Of a stretch of 64,000 nt of DNA, positions 14,996 through 27,253 are shown piece by piece. The stretch comes from Convolutriloba macropyga (taxonomy: Eukaryota), in contig NC_134474.1 in assembly GCF_964194025.1 (NCBI RefSeq), positions 65,100,001 to 65,164,000 of the forward strand. Reading direction: 5' to 3'. Made by a program: the position numbers and the translations under genes. Under the pieces are notes generated by a model. It made no database searches and had not been told where the DNA came from. It was given only the letters and a program-made list of their open reading frames with translations. Each line of letters starts with the position of its first letter. Positions within the stretch are counted from its first letter, which is position 1.

Positions 14996-15921
14996 TGCAT
15001 TGGAAATCTTAAAGTTTTGCCGAAATGTTTTTCAAAAAAACTTTCAAGCTTGCTAGAAATTCAAATTAATGGATCTAAAGTACCACACATTCCGCCACCT
15101 AATAATTGAAACTACAATCACTTTTGTTATATAGCCCTGTACTATGTCAACAATGATAAGTCAGCAAGAAAATTTATAAATTTCTGAGATGATTAGGGCA
15201 GAATCCAACTCTTTCTGTCAGTTTTATTTTAAAAATTTGAGCTTTCTGTTAACCTTCTGATATTTGATTAAATTTGGAGGTTAGAGAAATTTATTTTATA
15301 GTGTATTTGGAGTGTTAAATCATCACAGAGTTACACAGATACAACCAATCCTCTGTTGATTTTCCCCAAATGGAGAACTTAGAAGCACAAGGGGGTCTTT
15401 CACATTGTAGCTACTCCCCCAGCAAAATCATAGCATATAATTTTTGTATATCTACATTAATTGGGGTGGTTGTATAATTTTTTGCCCATTAATCCGTGGG
15501 AGAATGATGGGACGAACCCAGCAGAAGTCCTGCCAAAAACAAAGTTAAACATGGCAAGTTGACATTTCAATTATTAGGTGGTGTTGATATCCACGTAGCC
15601 GAAAACTACTCTTACCTTAAGTAAAGTTTTTAACATGAAGTTTTTTGTACTCCTTAGATTACTCCTATTAGAGGACGGCAGTTTCATTAGTGGACCAACT
15701 GTCGGCAGTTTTCATAGAAAACTGATAAAACTTGTACACAGGTGGTCGAATAAAACTTGATACAGAGGTGTAAAATGATATCAAAGGAAGTGTTGCCTAT
15801 AATGTAAACATCAATAAAAGGTACCATCAGCATCAGTTTAAGAATTATCGGATATATCGCAGGCTTGATCTTTTTGTATTTTCGGGAAACCGTTCCAAAC
15901 GTACTTTCAATCAACAATCTA

Positions 15922-16071
15922 TAGTAAGTCCCATAAAGTTGCAACGCAAGCGAACGTTCGAAAAGCTCGTGGCATGCAAATGGGCAGTGTTTTGCTCGAT
16001 ATCTCCATGTTTTAAATTTGAACTTTGACCTTTCAACGTTCGATAGCGTTGCAACTTTATGGGACTGACTA
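15922..16071. mobile_element. 150-bp MITE with ~40-bp TIRs and TA target duplication (Tc1/mariner-like)
   Basis: TA|tagtaagtcccataaagttgcaacgc...gcgttgcaactttatgggactgacta|TA. Confidence 0.8.
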
Positions 16072-17139
16072 TAACTAGAAAGTGATTTTGCAGTGACCTA
16101 TTATTAGCCTTTTTGCAATTTGCAGAAATTAAATTTTTGAGAGTGCCAAAATAACGGCTATGTAGGGTTGGCGGGATTCGGTACACCTATTTTTTAGTAA
16201 TTAACACACGGCTTGTTTTAAATCCTTCCTTTAGAAACTTTTCGGTCTGTCAGATTTCCATTCAATTTCATAAACAACTGTGAACACTGTTATAGCTTTC
16301 AAGGCCATCTTTATCGACTATACGCGTAATTACTGTTATGAAAGCGACTTGACTCTAGTAACTCTAAACGTTGACAGCCACTTATAGGTGTAGCCCAATG
16401 CATCAAATATCACATTTCAATTTGTTATTGTTTGCTGCATAATCAGCTGGGGTTTTTTCTCGGAGATATGTTAAATGAAAGACGGGGAGGTCTTCAATTA
16501 GAAATCATGCAAATGTTAAAGTACAAACGAATTGAAAGTAGTTCATGCTGAGCGGGGAAAAAATGAAGAATTCTGTGACTTATGCTGACGTACCTATTAA
16601 CAGAGTGAATTTTTGTCTGATCATAGGAAGCAAATACTTGGTTTTTGAACTTTTCAAAGTAATTTCAGAGATCGATTTGTAGCTGATTTTAAGTCTGCGC
16701 AGGCTAAAAAACGGCGTATGGCCAGAAAGAACAAAATAACAGACTTGAAATGCTGTACTGATTTCCTCTGAGCCTGTACTCGTCTTGTCAAGTAACATCG
16801 TTCTTTTGGAACCTAACTTGAAATTTAATATTGTGGAATTCTTTTCTTGAAATCAGTTGTCTCTGTGCTCATTAAACAAATGTTCGGAAAATACCCCCTT
16901 TCTTGCAAAAGGTGGGCTATTCTTTAATAGAATTTCAGTGCTCGATTTACAAACCAATCAGACAACGACTAACAACTTTTCACGCATGCGTATACTGTAT
17001 TAAAATAAATAGAACAAAACAAGCCATTTTTAACAATCATTCAAATTGGAATACAAAGCGAAAGAATTTCTGACTGGCAGTTCGGAGGTCAACCGAGCCA
17101 CGATTTCCGGATTGCATCCCACAGCGCATGAGAGTCATG

Positions 17140-17795
17140 ACCATGATTTGATCATCGAGGTGTTCAGAATGCAGTGACCTTTGAGCATAGCTGCGCTCGA
17201 ATTAAATGGTCTGGCGAAGTCTTCGGGCACACATTAGCCCGATCAGTGGACTGGAACTTGTCTGATCAGAGGTCACTTCGGTCTGGGATTATCTGATCAG
17301 AGTTGCATTGAAAAGCACATTGGTCCCACCAAACGCGGATTTGAGCTCGCAAAAAAATAAAGAGTGACTATCAAGCGCAGGATAGTCTGATCTTAGGAGG
17401 CCTTCGCGCGCGTTTCATTCTGATAAGCAGCTTTGAACGCGCGATTGTCTGATCAGAAATTGCTACGAGCAAACAAAAATTGTATTTTTCTTTATTCTCC
17501 AACGTCCCTATTTAGAGGTATGTTGATTTATCGATGCTGCAATATTGGCTGCAAACAGCAAAGATGCAAAAAGTAGGCAATAGTTAATTAGATCTTATCT
17601 TATGTTCTATCAACCAAACAAGCAGTAAAAGAACTATGTATGGACTGTTCCTTGTCTTCAAAAATGTTCACCAAAAACGAATAATAATAAAAAAGAAAGC
17701 GCAATTCGAGCACACAGTTTCGAGCGCACCATAGTCTGATCAGAGGTCTTTTTTGACGATCTCATCTGTTGTATTGGACTCTCTGATCAGAGGGA
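17140..17795. repeat. Degenerate ~30-bp minisatellite built on the palindrome TCTGATCAGA
   Basis: tctgatcaga at about 17261, 17292, 17448, 17735 and 17782, plus degenerate copies at roughly 30-bp spacing. Confidence 0.6.
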
Positions 17796-18779
17796 TTAAT
17801 TACGGTCACGACCCGAGACTGGGAATGTTTTCATTTCAAAAATCCGAGACACAGAAAATAGCGACAATATTTAATTAAATAAGTAAAAATTGGCAGTTGA
17901 AATTTCCAATTTAAAATAATTATAACATTGCGTAGCCTCGATTGCAAACAAACGGAATTTTAGATTTCGTGCCGCTTATAACACTTTTTATTCGGTCGAG
18001 AATTTTTTCCTTCTATCATAACTTTGGCTCATCAATTTGGTTGAAAAGAAAATAATTTTCAGTTATAAATGTACGCTATATAATTGTAGGCTGTAATTCA
18101 ACGCTTTTCAAGCTGAAATTTCAATTACGTTTAATTTAAAGTAGAGTAGCAAAAAATGAGATGCTTATTTTCAAAGCAACGACTTACATTGTATAGCTTG
18201 AAATTGTAGTCGCGAATCAATTGTAGTCGCGAATCAATTGTAGTCGCAACATTCATTGATCCTGGCCTGTCCAGTAAAAATCAAATGCAAAGTCCCAATT
18301 TTTCCCAACAAAAGAAAACTAACATTTAATTTTTGTACATAAGTTTTTCGTTTAAAACCAGCTATAGGTGACACAGTTTTTAAACAAAGAGTTAAAATAT
18401 ATTCGGTCCGTCTAATTGTTGTCTAGACATGTCAATTCAACATTGGCGTCCATTTTACCAATGCAAATAGTTTGTACATTTTTTTCGAAAATTTAGTGCT
18501 GTTTTTGGAAAAAATCAATTTTAGCGAACGCCGAAATTTTTAAAACCGCCACGAATTTTAGTAAATAGGCAGCTAAAAGAGGCACACAACGAATTTTTTA
18601 ATGAACCTTAACTTGAATTTCCGACAATAAGTAAAAGTGGAATTTAGTCAGGAAAAAAATGGATGAGAAAATGAAAACAAAATAGCTTCCAATCAAAATG
18701 ATGGTGATTTTATTTTACAGAGATCCAATCAAGTATTGCAAGCTAAAACGGGAATTTTCAAAAGATAGGGATGTACAAT

Positions 18780-19440
18780 GGAGTGTAAGCATAAGCGACT
18801 GATCAAGTTCTTTTTCTGCTACTGATGCAAAAGCGATCTTAATTTCCGAGCAATTACGCTAAAAGCTTTAAACGAGTGATTGGATTCACTTGACAATAGC
18901 AGAGCTCCTGTTCCCAGAATTTTCATTGCATGCGCAGTAAAAGCTGTAAAAATCTTAAGTTACTTACAATTCATGTTCAACGATGGCATTTTAGAACATT
19001 TTCAGTACTGTTCGAAATTTGTTTTCCCAGTCCTGTTTACAGTGGACGCACGGGTATCAGAAAATTATAGGCCGGTCTCAGTTACTCCATGTTTGCATAA
19101 CTTTTTGGAAGTGTTATATTGAACCAAGTAAATAAAACAACAAAAAATTTACCTGATGATACTCAATCTGGATTTTGAATAACATAAGTTGTCCGCAGAG
19201 GCGTTTAGCAATAATTTGAAGCCATGTTATTAGGCAAACATGATACATTTGAAAAAACAGTTAATGGTCTTTCATTTTATTGGTCTTTCCAAAGCGTTTA
19301 ACTCAATATCCCATCAAAATTTTTCTCAGGTAACTAGTTTATCGATTTGCCAAACTGTAACAATGTTTGATTCATTTCTTTCAAACAGAAAGCAAGGCGT
19401 GAAACTTGAGGCAGTTGGTTTCAGAAGGCACAATTTGTCA
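18780..19440 (+). pseudogene. Degenerate non-LTR retrotransposon (LINE) reverse transcriptase fragment, copy 1
   Basis: RT-like motifs SENYRPVSVTP (NYRPISLLP), QSGF, FIGLSKAFNSISH (FLDLSKAFDSV.H) and SFLSNRKQGV, broken by stops and frameshifts. Confidence 0.8.
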
Positions 19441-20792
19441 TCCTATTTTGGAAAAAAAGGGATGAGTACCACAAACAAAACAAGCTAACGATGAATACTG
19501 ACTAAAATCAATTTACTTTACTTTTCGCGAAAAAAAGATGCTTTTTGACAAGACATATTTCAACAGAAAACAATGAAAAGCAAAAGAACATTGCAGATAT
19601 TTAGAATTGGAGATTGCCTCAAGTTTGAGATGTCAAACACAAATTAATAACACTCCTCTCCTTCAAAACACTCAATATATATTAAACGTCATGAAACACT
19701 ACTTGGAGGACCTCTGATGTTGTTGAGATCCGTAGTACTCTCAGATAATAAATTTATTGCTCTACTGTTTCAAAGTCGTAACAATTGATAAAGTCAACGA
19801 AGTCAAGCAGTAAAAGAACTATGTATGGACTGTTCCTTGTCTTCAAAAATGGGAATGTTTTCATTTCAAAAATCCGAGACACAGAAAATAGCGACAATAT
19901 TTAATTAAATAAGTAAAAATTGGCAGTTGAAATTTCCGATTTAAAATAATTATAACATTGCGTAGCCTCGATTGCAAACAAACGGAATTTTAGATTTCGT
20001 GCCGCTTATAAGACTTTTTATTCGGTCGAGAATTTTTTCCTTCTATCATAACTTTGGCTCATCAATTTGGTTGAAAAGAAAATAATTTTCAGTTATAAAT
20101 GTACGCTATATAATTGTAGGCTGTAATTCAACGCTTTTCAAGCTGAAATTTCAATTACGTTTAATTTAAAGTAGAGTAGCAAAAAATGAGATGCTTATTT
20201 TCAAAGCAACGACTTACATTGTATAGCTTGAAATTGTAGTCGCGAATCAATTGTAGTCGCAACATTCATTGATCCTGGCCTGTCCAGTAAAAATCAAATG
20301 CAAAGTCCCAATTTTTCCCAACAAAAGAAAACTAACATTTAATTTTTGTACATAAGTTTTTCGTTTAAAACCAGCTATAGGTGACACAGTTTTTAAACAA
20401 AGAGTTAAAATATATTCGGTCCGTCTAATTGTTGTCTAGACATGTCAATTCAACATTGGCGTCCATTTTACCAATGCAAATAGTTTGTACATTTTTTTCG
20501 AAAATTTAGTGCTGTTTTTGGAAAAAATCAATTTTAGCGAACGCCGAAATTTTTAAAACCGCCACGAATTTTAGTAAATAGGCAGCTAAAAGAGGCACAC
20601 AACGAATTTTTTAATCAACCTTAACTTGAATTTCCGACAATAAGTAAAAGTGGAATTTAGTCAGGAAAAAAATGGATGAGAAAATGAAAACAAAATAGCT
20701 TCCAATCAAAATGATGGTGATTTTATTTTACAGAGATCCAATCAAGTATTGCAAGCTAAAACGGGAATTTTCAAAAGATAGGGATGTACAAT

Positions 20793-21453
20793 GGAGTGTA
20801 AGCATAAGCGACTGATCAAGTTCTTTTTCTGCTACTGATGCAAAAGCGATCTTAATTTCCGAGCAATTACGCTAAAAGCTTTAAACGAGTGATTGGATTC
20901 ACTTGACAATAGCAGAGCTCCTGTTCCCAGAATTTTCATTGCATGCGCAGTAAAAGCTGTAAAAATCTTAAGTTACTTACAATTCATGTTCAACGATGGC
21001 ATTTTAGAACATTTTCAGTACTGTTCGAAATTTGTTTTCCCAGTCCTGTTTACAGTGGACGCACGGGTATCAGAAAATTATAGGCCGGTCTCAGTTACTC
21101 CATGTTTGCATAACTTTTTGGAAGTGTTATATTGAACCAAGTAAATAAAACAACAAAAAATTTACCTGATGATACTCAATCTGGATTTTGAATAACATAA
21201 GTTGTCCGCAGAGGCGTTTAGCAATAATTTGAAGCCATGTTTTTAGGCAAACATGATACATTTGAAAAAACAGTTAATGGTCTTTCATTTTATTGGTCTT
21301 TCCAAAGCGTTTAACTCAATATCCCATCAAAATTTTTCTCAGGTAATTAGTTTATCGATTTGCCAAACTGTAACAATGTTTGATTCATTTCTTTCAAACA
21401 GAAAGCAAGGCGTGAAACTTGAGGCAGTTGGTTTCAGAAGGCACAATTTGTCA
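20793..21453 (+). pseudogene. Degenerate LINE reverse transcriptase fragment, copy 2
   Basis: Duplicate of 18780-19440. Confidence 0.8.
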
Positions 21454-23221
21454 TCCTATTTTGGAAAAAAAGGGATGAGTACCACAAACAAAACAAGCTA
21501 ACGATGAATACTGACTAAAATCAATTTACTTTACTTTTCGCGAAAAAAAGATGCTTTTTGACAAGACATATTTCAACAGAAAACAATGAAAAGCAAAAGA
21601 ACATTGCAGATATTTAGAATTGGAGATTGCCTCAAGTTTGAGATGTCAAACACAAATTAATAACACTCCTCTCCTTCAAAACACTCAATATATATTAAAC
21701 GTCATGAAACACTACTTGGAGGACCTCTGATGTTGTTGAGATCCGTAGTACTCTCAGATAATAAATTTATTGCTCTACTGTTTCAAAGTCGTAACAATTG
21801 ATAAAGTCAACGAATCAGCCGACAAATAAGTTAGAGAATCGAAGTTACCTACAGAAAAAAATCTAAAATACTACAGAGAAAAAAAGGAAAGATGAGATCT
21901 TGTAATGAAATCTCACATTTTAACAGCGGAAATGTCAATCACTAAAATGAATTTCGATATTAAGAAGTATATTCTTTCAGGAATTGTATTTCGTACAGCT
22001 ACTTTCTTATTGCGCGCAAAACGTGTCCAGAAGGAAGCAGCTCATATCAAAAGCATCTGATCTCTACAACAAAAAGGCATTCTGAAATGGAAATTTCCTC
22101 TTGAAATACCACAAAAACATCACCAGTTGCTAAGAATGTTAAAACAGCATCTGATACAGCAATTTACATTTGTATCTTTCGAAACAAAGATTTGAAGTTA
22201 TCTTTATGCTTAGCAGAATACAAAACACGGATTGTTATTCAAATATTGTACTGAGAACAAGAAAAATAAATCTTAGATCTCATTTCCAAATTTTAACTCT
22301 ATTGTTATGAAAGTAATTGACTGGTTAATTGAAAAATAAAATGTAAATATATTCCAAATACTTCAATTGTCTTCATATCCTTAAGTAATAAATTATTAGA
22401 TATTGGAATTACACATGCAAGCTATCATAAAAAGAGTGCAGTTCATTCAAAAATTCTAAGTTCAAGGCTAAAAAATTAAATAGTTTCCTCGATTTAAGAA
22501 AAACTATTAACAGACATTTCAGTATTTAATTTTAAAGGAAAATTTGAATGAGAAAATTTGCCACATGATTTTATAATTTTCATTGGTGAATTTTCCCCCT
22601 ATATTTTCAGGAAATGCCTTTTTAAAACCTCATATCTTCTTAGCCAAAACTAAATTCAAATAGCTCTGCAATAAATCAATAACTGAAATGTCTTTCTGTA
22701 ATGAATATTTGGGGCGGTCCAAAATTACAGATTTTAAAAACATCCGGGCATAGATTTCCTACCATAATTATATAAGGTTGCAACAATAGAACAGAAAGCG
22801 GTGACTGAATCAAGAAACTTGAATCAAGAAAGCGAATAAGAAACTTGAGAAAATTTCTGTTTTATATATTTTGGAAGATAGTAAACTTCTGTTAGTATAG
22901 CATTTCTAACCACTTATGTAGCTCTAGACGAAGTTGTTATTGCAAAAACTACATTGATTCTTTGTTTTATGTCACAAATTTCCCTTTCTGACCCTTTCTA
23001 TGGAGATGACTCCTAAAAGTTGAATACTAATGAATCAATATTTCGACCATTGAAGGTTTAAGCTAAGATAATATTAATATCGAAGCCCTTAGCGCCTAAA
23101 AAATAAAGACACCCTGCAATATAGTTCCCCATTACAAGTGATGCCTGAGCAATTACCTCAAAAAGCTTCAAATTGGCAAACAATAAATTTATATCAAGAA
23201 TTCCAAAAACAATTTTTACAA

Positions 23222-23893
23222 TCATTCAGTTACTAGCCAACAATCACTACTCAAGAAAATCTCAGAATCGTGCACTAATTCATCTAATACAGGTTTTAAA
23301 AAAACGGAAGTTAGTTTACAGTCTGAAACCGATCTCTGTAATGAAGGAAACATTTTCTGCAGTATTTCTGTACTTGGAGGTGGATTAAATTCTTTGATCA
23401 CGCTCTTCAGTTCCACTCTTAATTTGGGATCATTTCTAGGAATGTATATTTTCGGCAAACATGAGTTTTCGGAAGACTCAATTTGATCGTAATTGGGATT
23501 GATTTTGAGAATGATTTTATCGGTTATCAGACAATATAGAGCTATATCTAACACAAATTGACCGTTTTTGAAGCAAAACGATTGACCGACTTTCTCACAC
23601 CCTTTTTGAACACTTGACGCAAAAGTTGACTTTTGAAAATCGGTTTTAAAATTGCCAAATTTTTCACAAACTGACTGATCATTTGGTACTTTATTAGTCG
23701 GGAGAATAATTTTATAATCTTCTATACAATTTAAAACTCCGCTCTCCACGACATCTGATAGATCGAGCAAATAATGAGGTTTCGAAGATCGGAAGAACGC
23801 ATTGAGTCGTTCGGTTGTCATGGCAACAATGGAATCCAAGGACTTGATGGAATCCAAAACGAGGTTATCAAGAGCGCCGTTTTCCTGGTCGTC
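23222..23893 (-). CDS. STN1: STN1 coding exon 2 (winged-helix C-terminus)
   Basis: Acceptor tttttag at 23894-23895 is in frame with ORF 23222..23857 (DDQENGALDNLVLDS...). Confidence 0.75.
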   Translation of the reverse strand, partial: DDQENGALDNLVLDSIKSLDSIVAMTTERLNAFFRSSKPHYLLDLSDVVESGVLNCIEDYKIILPTNKVPNDQSVCEKFGNFKTDFQKSTFASSVQKGCEKVGQSFCFKNGQFVLDIALYCLITDKIILKINPNYDQIESSENSCLPKIYIPRNDPKLRVELKSVIKEFNPPPSTEILQKMFPSLQRSVSDCKLTSVFLKPVLDELVHDSEIFLSSDCWLVTE

Positions 23894-24915
23894 CTAAAAA
23901 ATAGTAAAAAATAAAGAAAAAGAAGAGGGATAATTCGGTCATTTTCTTTTGTTAGAAACTTATAATTTTTGCCATTAATTAGCCTTTTTTCTTGATTCAG
24001 AATCACAAGCTAGCAATAGAAATCATGCTTCTTACCAACTTTTCTCCAGCACTACTGCTAAATTTGAAGTACATATAGACTAGATGTGTTTTCACATATG
24101 CGCGGAGGTTAGGGATGGACATGGAAGGGTTGTTGGGGGGGGGGGGGTTCAGGGTTAGCCGTTTACAAAAAAAACAATCAAAATTTCGCAACAGTTAGCA
24201 TTACAGACTCTTTAGACAAATCATTTATTGAAAACATGAAACCAACTCAATATGTTCTCATAAACTTCATTAACTTATGGCTCACCTTGGCTTCAGTTTT
24301 GACAGGCCAGTAGGACACTATAGAACTCTTCACTTGACGACCATCCAAGTACTCTCTATGCTTAACTCTCAATTTCATGTAGTTCAACTCTTCATTCAAA
24401 CTCAGCGACTTTTCGTTGTCTTTGAATACACTGATTTCGAACACATCTAGAATCCTGGTCGAGTCCATTTGTTTAATGAAAGCTGAAACTATGACATCCT
24501 GGCCAAACTCAAGCGGTAGTTCTCCGTGTTTTATATTTACAAAGTCGTTTTTCCATAACAAACAATTCATAATATGCGAATCATCTTGGAGCAGAAATTT
24601 ATAAAAACTGTCATTGTCGACAATTTTTCGGACCATTCCGAACACTTTAACTCGTACAATTGGGTGGCCTCGATAATGAAAAACCAACTTATTGCTCTTC
24701 AATTTGTACAGAAATTTCAAAGAGTTGCGAATTTCATATATGCTCAAACAAACAGGCGTTGAGCCGAACTCGCTTTTGAATAACAATTCTTTGGGAACCC
24801 CGAATTCACACACGAGGTTCCGATATTCAGGACCGTCGAATATCTCAGTGAAATAGTGAAAACAGGCTGGGTCGATAAAAACTGAGCCCGGTTTGTAGTT
24901 CAAAATAGCTTGCAT
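23222..24915 (-). CDS. STN1: CST complex subunit STN1 (OBFC1), spliced gene; coding exons 24915-24286 and 23893-23222, ~433 aa
   Basis: The N-terminal OB fold FHYRGHPIVRVKVFGMV...FYKFLLQDDSHIMNCLLWK resembles STN1 (FLYNGHPIKQVDVLGTV...FYSYGVDDSTGVINCICWK). The C-terminus LKPVLDELVHDSEIF resembles the last STN1 winged helix (LQQVLELLEDQSDIV). The phase-0 intron 24285-23894 has an AAG|GTGAGC donor and a ttttttag|GAC acceptor. The start codon is uncertain; the first in-frame ATG is at 24915. Confidence 0.8.
24286..24915 (-). CDS. STN1: STN1 coding exon 1 (OB fold)
   Basis: ORF 24247..24924 trimmed at the GT donor after KTEAK; OB-fold motif GHPIVRVKVFG. Confidence 0.8.
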
Positions 24916-25205
24916 TGAAAGCACTTCAATTTCATTTTGTACCTCTCATTTAATTAGGAATAGGTTTCATACAAAAGTCGAACACAACTTCGAATCTGAA
25001 ACAGAAATATCATACACAAATTTATTCGAATCTTAGAAAAAAGTAGAATGCGCAATTAAGTGAACGAACCTTTATCAGACGTTCCGCGAATGCTTATAGC
25101 TACAATACGGCGCAAAAAACAGACAAAATATTATCCGCCTAATAATAGGCCACTAAAATAGGCCGTGTAGAATATTAGATGGATTCTCAATTTCCGCAAA
25201 ATTCT

Positions 25206-25572
25206 AACATAAACTGACTAAGGTCGGAGAAATTGCTCTCGAACGACAGGCCTAGATAATTTTTTACTAATGAAAAAAATCCGACCAATGAGGGTTTCGA
25301 ACCCTCAACCTACGTCGTACTAAACTGAAGCATTAACCACTCCTCTATCCGCGTATTGTTCTAGCGTATCTTAACAATGGTTTCATTTTAGCAAAGGACT
25401 TAATTTCTGAATACCATGAACTTAGATCCAGCGAAAATCAAGAAGTCAATTGTGAAAAAGTCACTCGGGAAGTGAAAACAACTGAATGTTCCAGAAGAAA
25501 ACGGTCAAGCAAAAATTTTTCATACAAAGAAACTCGTTTAAAATAATTGCTTCAGACTTTGTTCGAGTGCTT
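25206..25572 (-). mobile_element. Helentron/HINE-like non-autonomous element, family A, carrying a tRNA-like cassette
   Basis: Left end aacat-ctgactaaggtcgg-aattgctctcgaacga; degenerate right end aattgcttcagactttgttcgagtgc. Confidence 0.6.
25281..25352 (-). other. tRNA-derived (SINE-head-like) sequence with A and B boxes
   Basis: Minus strand: TAGAGGAGTGGTTAA (A box), GAGGGTTCGAAACCCTC (T-arm/B box), then a T run. The acceptor and anticodon stems do not pair properly, so it is not called a tRNA gene. Confidence 0.6.
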
Positions 25573-25911
25573 CAAATTCATAAATGTTATATAATGTGCA
25601 CACAAATTACGCAATACAACGCGTATTGTTACAGTAGTCAACTATGTCAAGCAGAAAACGAATCCCTACATTGACTTCATCATTTGTTTGGATCAAATTG
25701 TGTCGAATAGAGTTTAAAACAGAAACGCTTCAAATAAAAGGAAGAGCGAAACTGTTATGGTAATAGTAATTTAATAGTTAATAGTAAGCTATTTTTAACT
25801 TAAAATCTTTCTAGGAAGATACTTGGTTTGAGCCCATCCATATATTTTCCACGAAAAACGTCCTCTATAAAAATTTGAAAGGATGCTACGACTCAAATTT
25901 AATTGCAAAAT

Positions 25912-26706
25912 GAAAGGAGGGAAATCATTGCGGCCGAAAATCCTGGCCTTATAGCACAACGCTTTATCTTAAATTTGGTTATGCAAATTCTGAAAACCTT
26001 TCCAGTTCTTCCTTGCCGGTGAATCTATATTAATTTCGTGATAACTAAACAATTATTAATAATACAGGCGTAATTAAGACAATTAATTATTGACTAATGA
26101 AAACACCAGGCAAGGAGCATCAAAAATTTAACCAAGTCAATTTAACCAAGAAGGTTAAACCAAGCTTTAAAACCTCATATTAACTGTTTTTGAGGCAATT
26201 TGTAACTCATAGCGCAATCCTGTCAGCAGTATCACATAGTATTTTAAATAGCTTCTATCTAGGGTATTAACGAATTGGACTTTCTGAACATAGAAGCCCA
26301 TACACTTTACGTTTACGTTTAGAAAGTCCAATTCTTTAATACCCTAGATAGAAGCCATTTAAAATACTGTAACACTGCTGACAGGATTGAGCTATCATTC
26401 ATAAATTGCCCCAGAAAACAGTTCAATTTAGGTTTTAAAGCTTGATTAAACCTTCGCTAAATTGACTTGTCTAAAGATATTGTGCTCTTTAATCTTATCT
26501 TGTCTAGTTTTCATTAGACAGTAGAAGTGCCATAAAAAATTTTTTAGTTATTACGAAATGTAAACCGGCGTTTGGACCTAATATCTAACAGAGGTTCAAA
26601 GACAAGAAAGAGTTGGAAAGTTTTGCAGCATTTGCTTAGCCAAAATTAGGATAACAGGCTTGTGCTTTATGAATGTATTTTTGGACGCCATGGTTTCCCT
26701 ACTTTC
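25912..26706. mobile_element. ~795-bp imperfect palindrome (foldback element 1)
   Basis: Arms pair throughout, e.g. cttctatctagggtattaa.gaattggactttct / agaaagtccaattc.ttaataccctagatagaag; loop about 26287-26320. Confidence 0.85.
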
Positions 26707-26712
26707 TTCTAT

Positions 26713-27253
26713 AATTTTGTCCGCTTAGGAACGAAATTTTTTGCACGTCAATTTGCGCTCTATCAAAAAACGGTGTGAGCAGAAACAGCTCTACGGTGTT
26801 CAAATTTGTTCACCAGTCAAACTACTAGAAAATTTTTAGGACGTGCGGAATTTATGTTGAAAATAATTACTCCAAAATATTTAACTAACAAATACGCCTC
26901 CGATACTCCTCGTCGAGTCGTAAAAAACAGCGTATCAATACAGTTCAAATTCTTGGCTTTGTAATATACAAACGTTAAGTGTATGGGCTTGTTTTTAAAA
27001 ATGTCAAGAATTTGAACTGTATTGGTACGCTGTTTTTTCATGACTCGAAGAGGAGTATCGGGGGCGTATTTTTAATTCAAAAAAATTCGAGTGGGTCTGA
27101 AACAGAAATTCCCAACATCCTAAAAAATTCTAGTGGCTTGACTGCTGAACAAATTTGAACAGCGAAGAGAAAAGTTTTTTTGCCCACACCGTTGTTTTTG
27201 AGAGAGCGCGAAATTGACGAGCGAAAAAATTTGGTTCTAAAGCGAGCAAAATT
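26713..27253. mobile_element. ~540-bp imperfect palindrome (foldback element 2)
   Basis: cgatactcctc.tcgagtc.t.aaaaaacagcgta.caatacagttcaaattcttg / caagaatttgaactgtattg.tacgctgtttttt..gactcga.gaggagtatcg; loop about 26965-26995. Confidence 0.9.

Larger units (their letters stand above)
17821..21814 (+). repeat. Near-identical tandem duplication: 17821-19801 and 19851-21814
   Basis: The copies differ by a few substitutions and one 17-bp unit (aattgtagtcgcgaatc); identical or near-identical ORFs appear twice in the track. Confidence 0.95.

Noticed and set aside
24036-24057. Microexon in the STN1 intron (tttagcagtag...TTG|gtaaga)
   Set aside because: The possible lengths of 16, 19 or 22 nt all shift the frame, and direct exon 1-2 splicing is already in frame. 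It could only be a poison exon, for which there is no support.
25281-25352. Functional tRNA gene (also 52440-52511)
   Set aside because: The acceptor and anticodon stems do not pair, and the sequence is embedded in a dispersed repeat.
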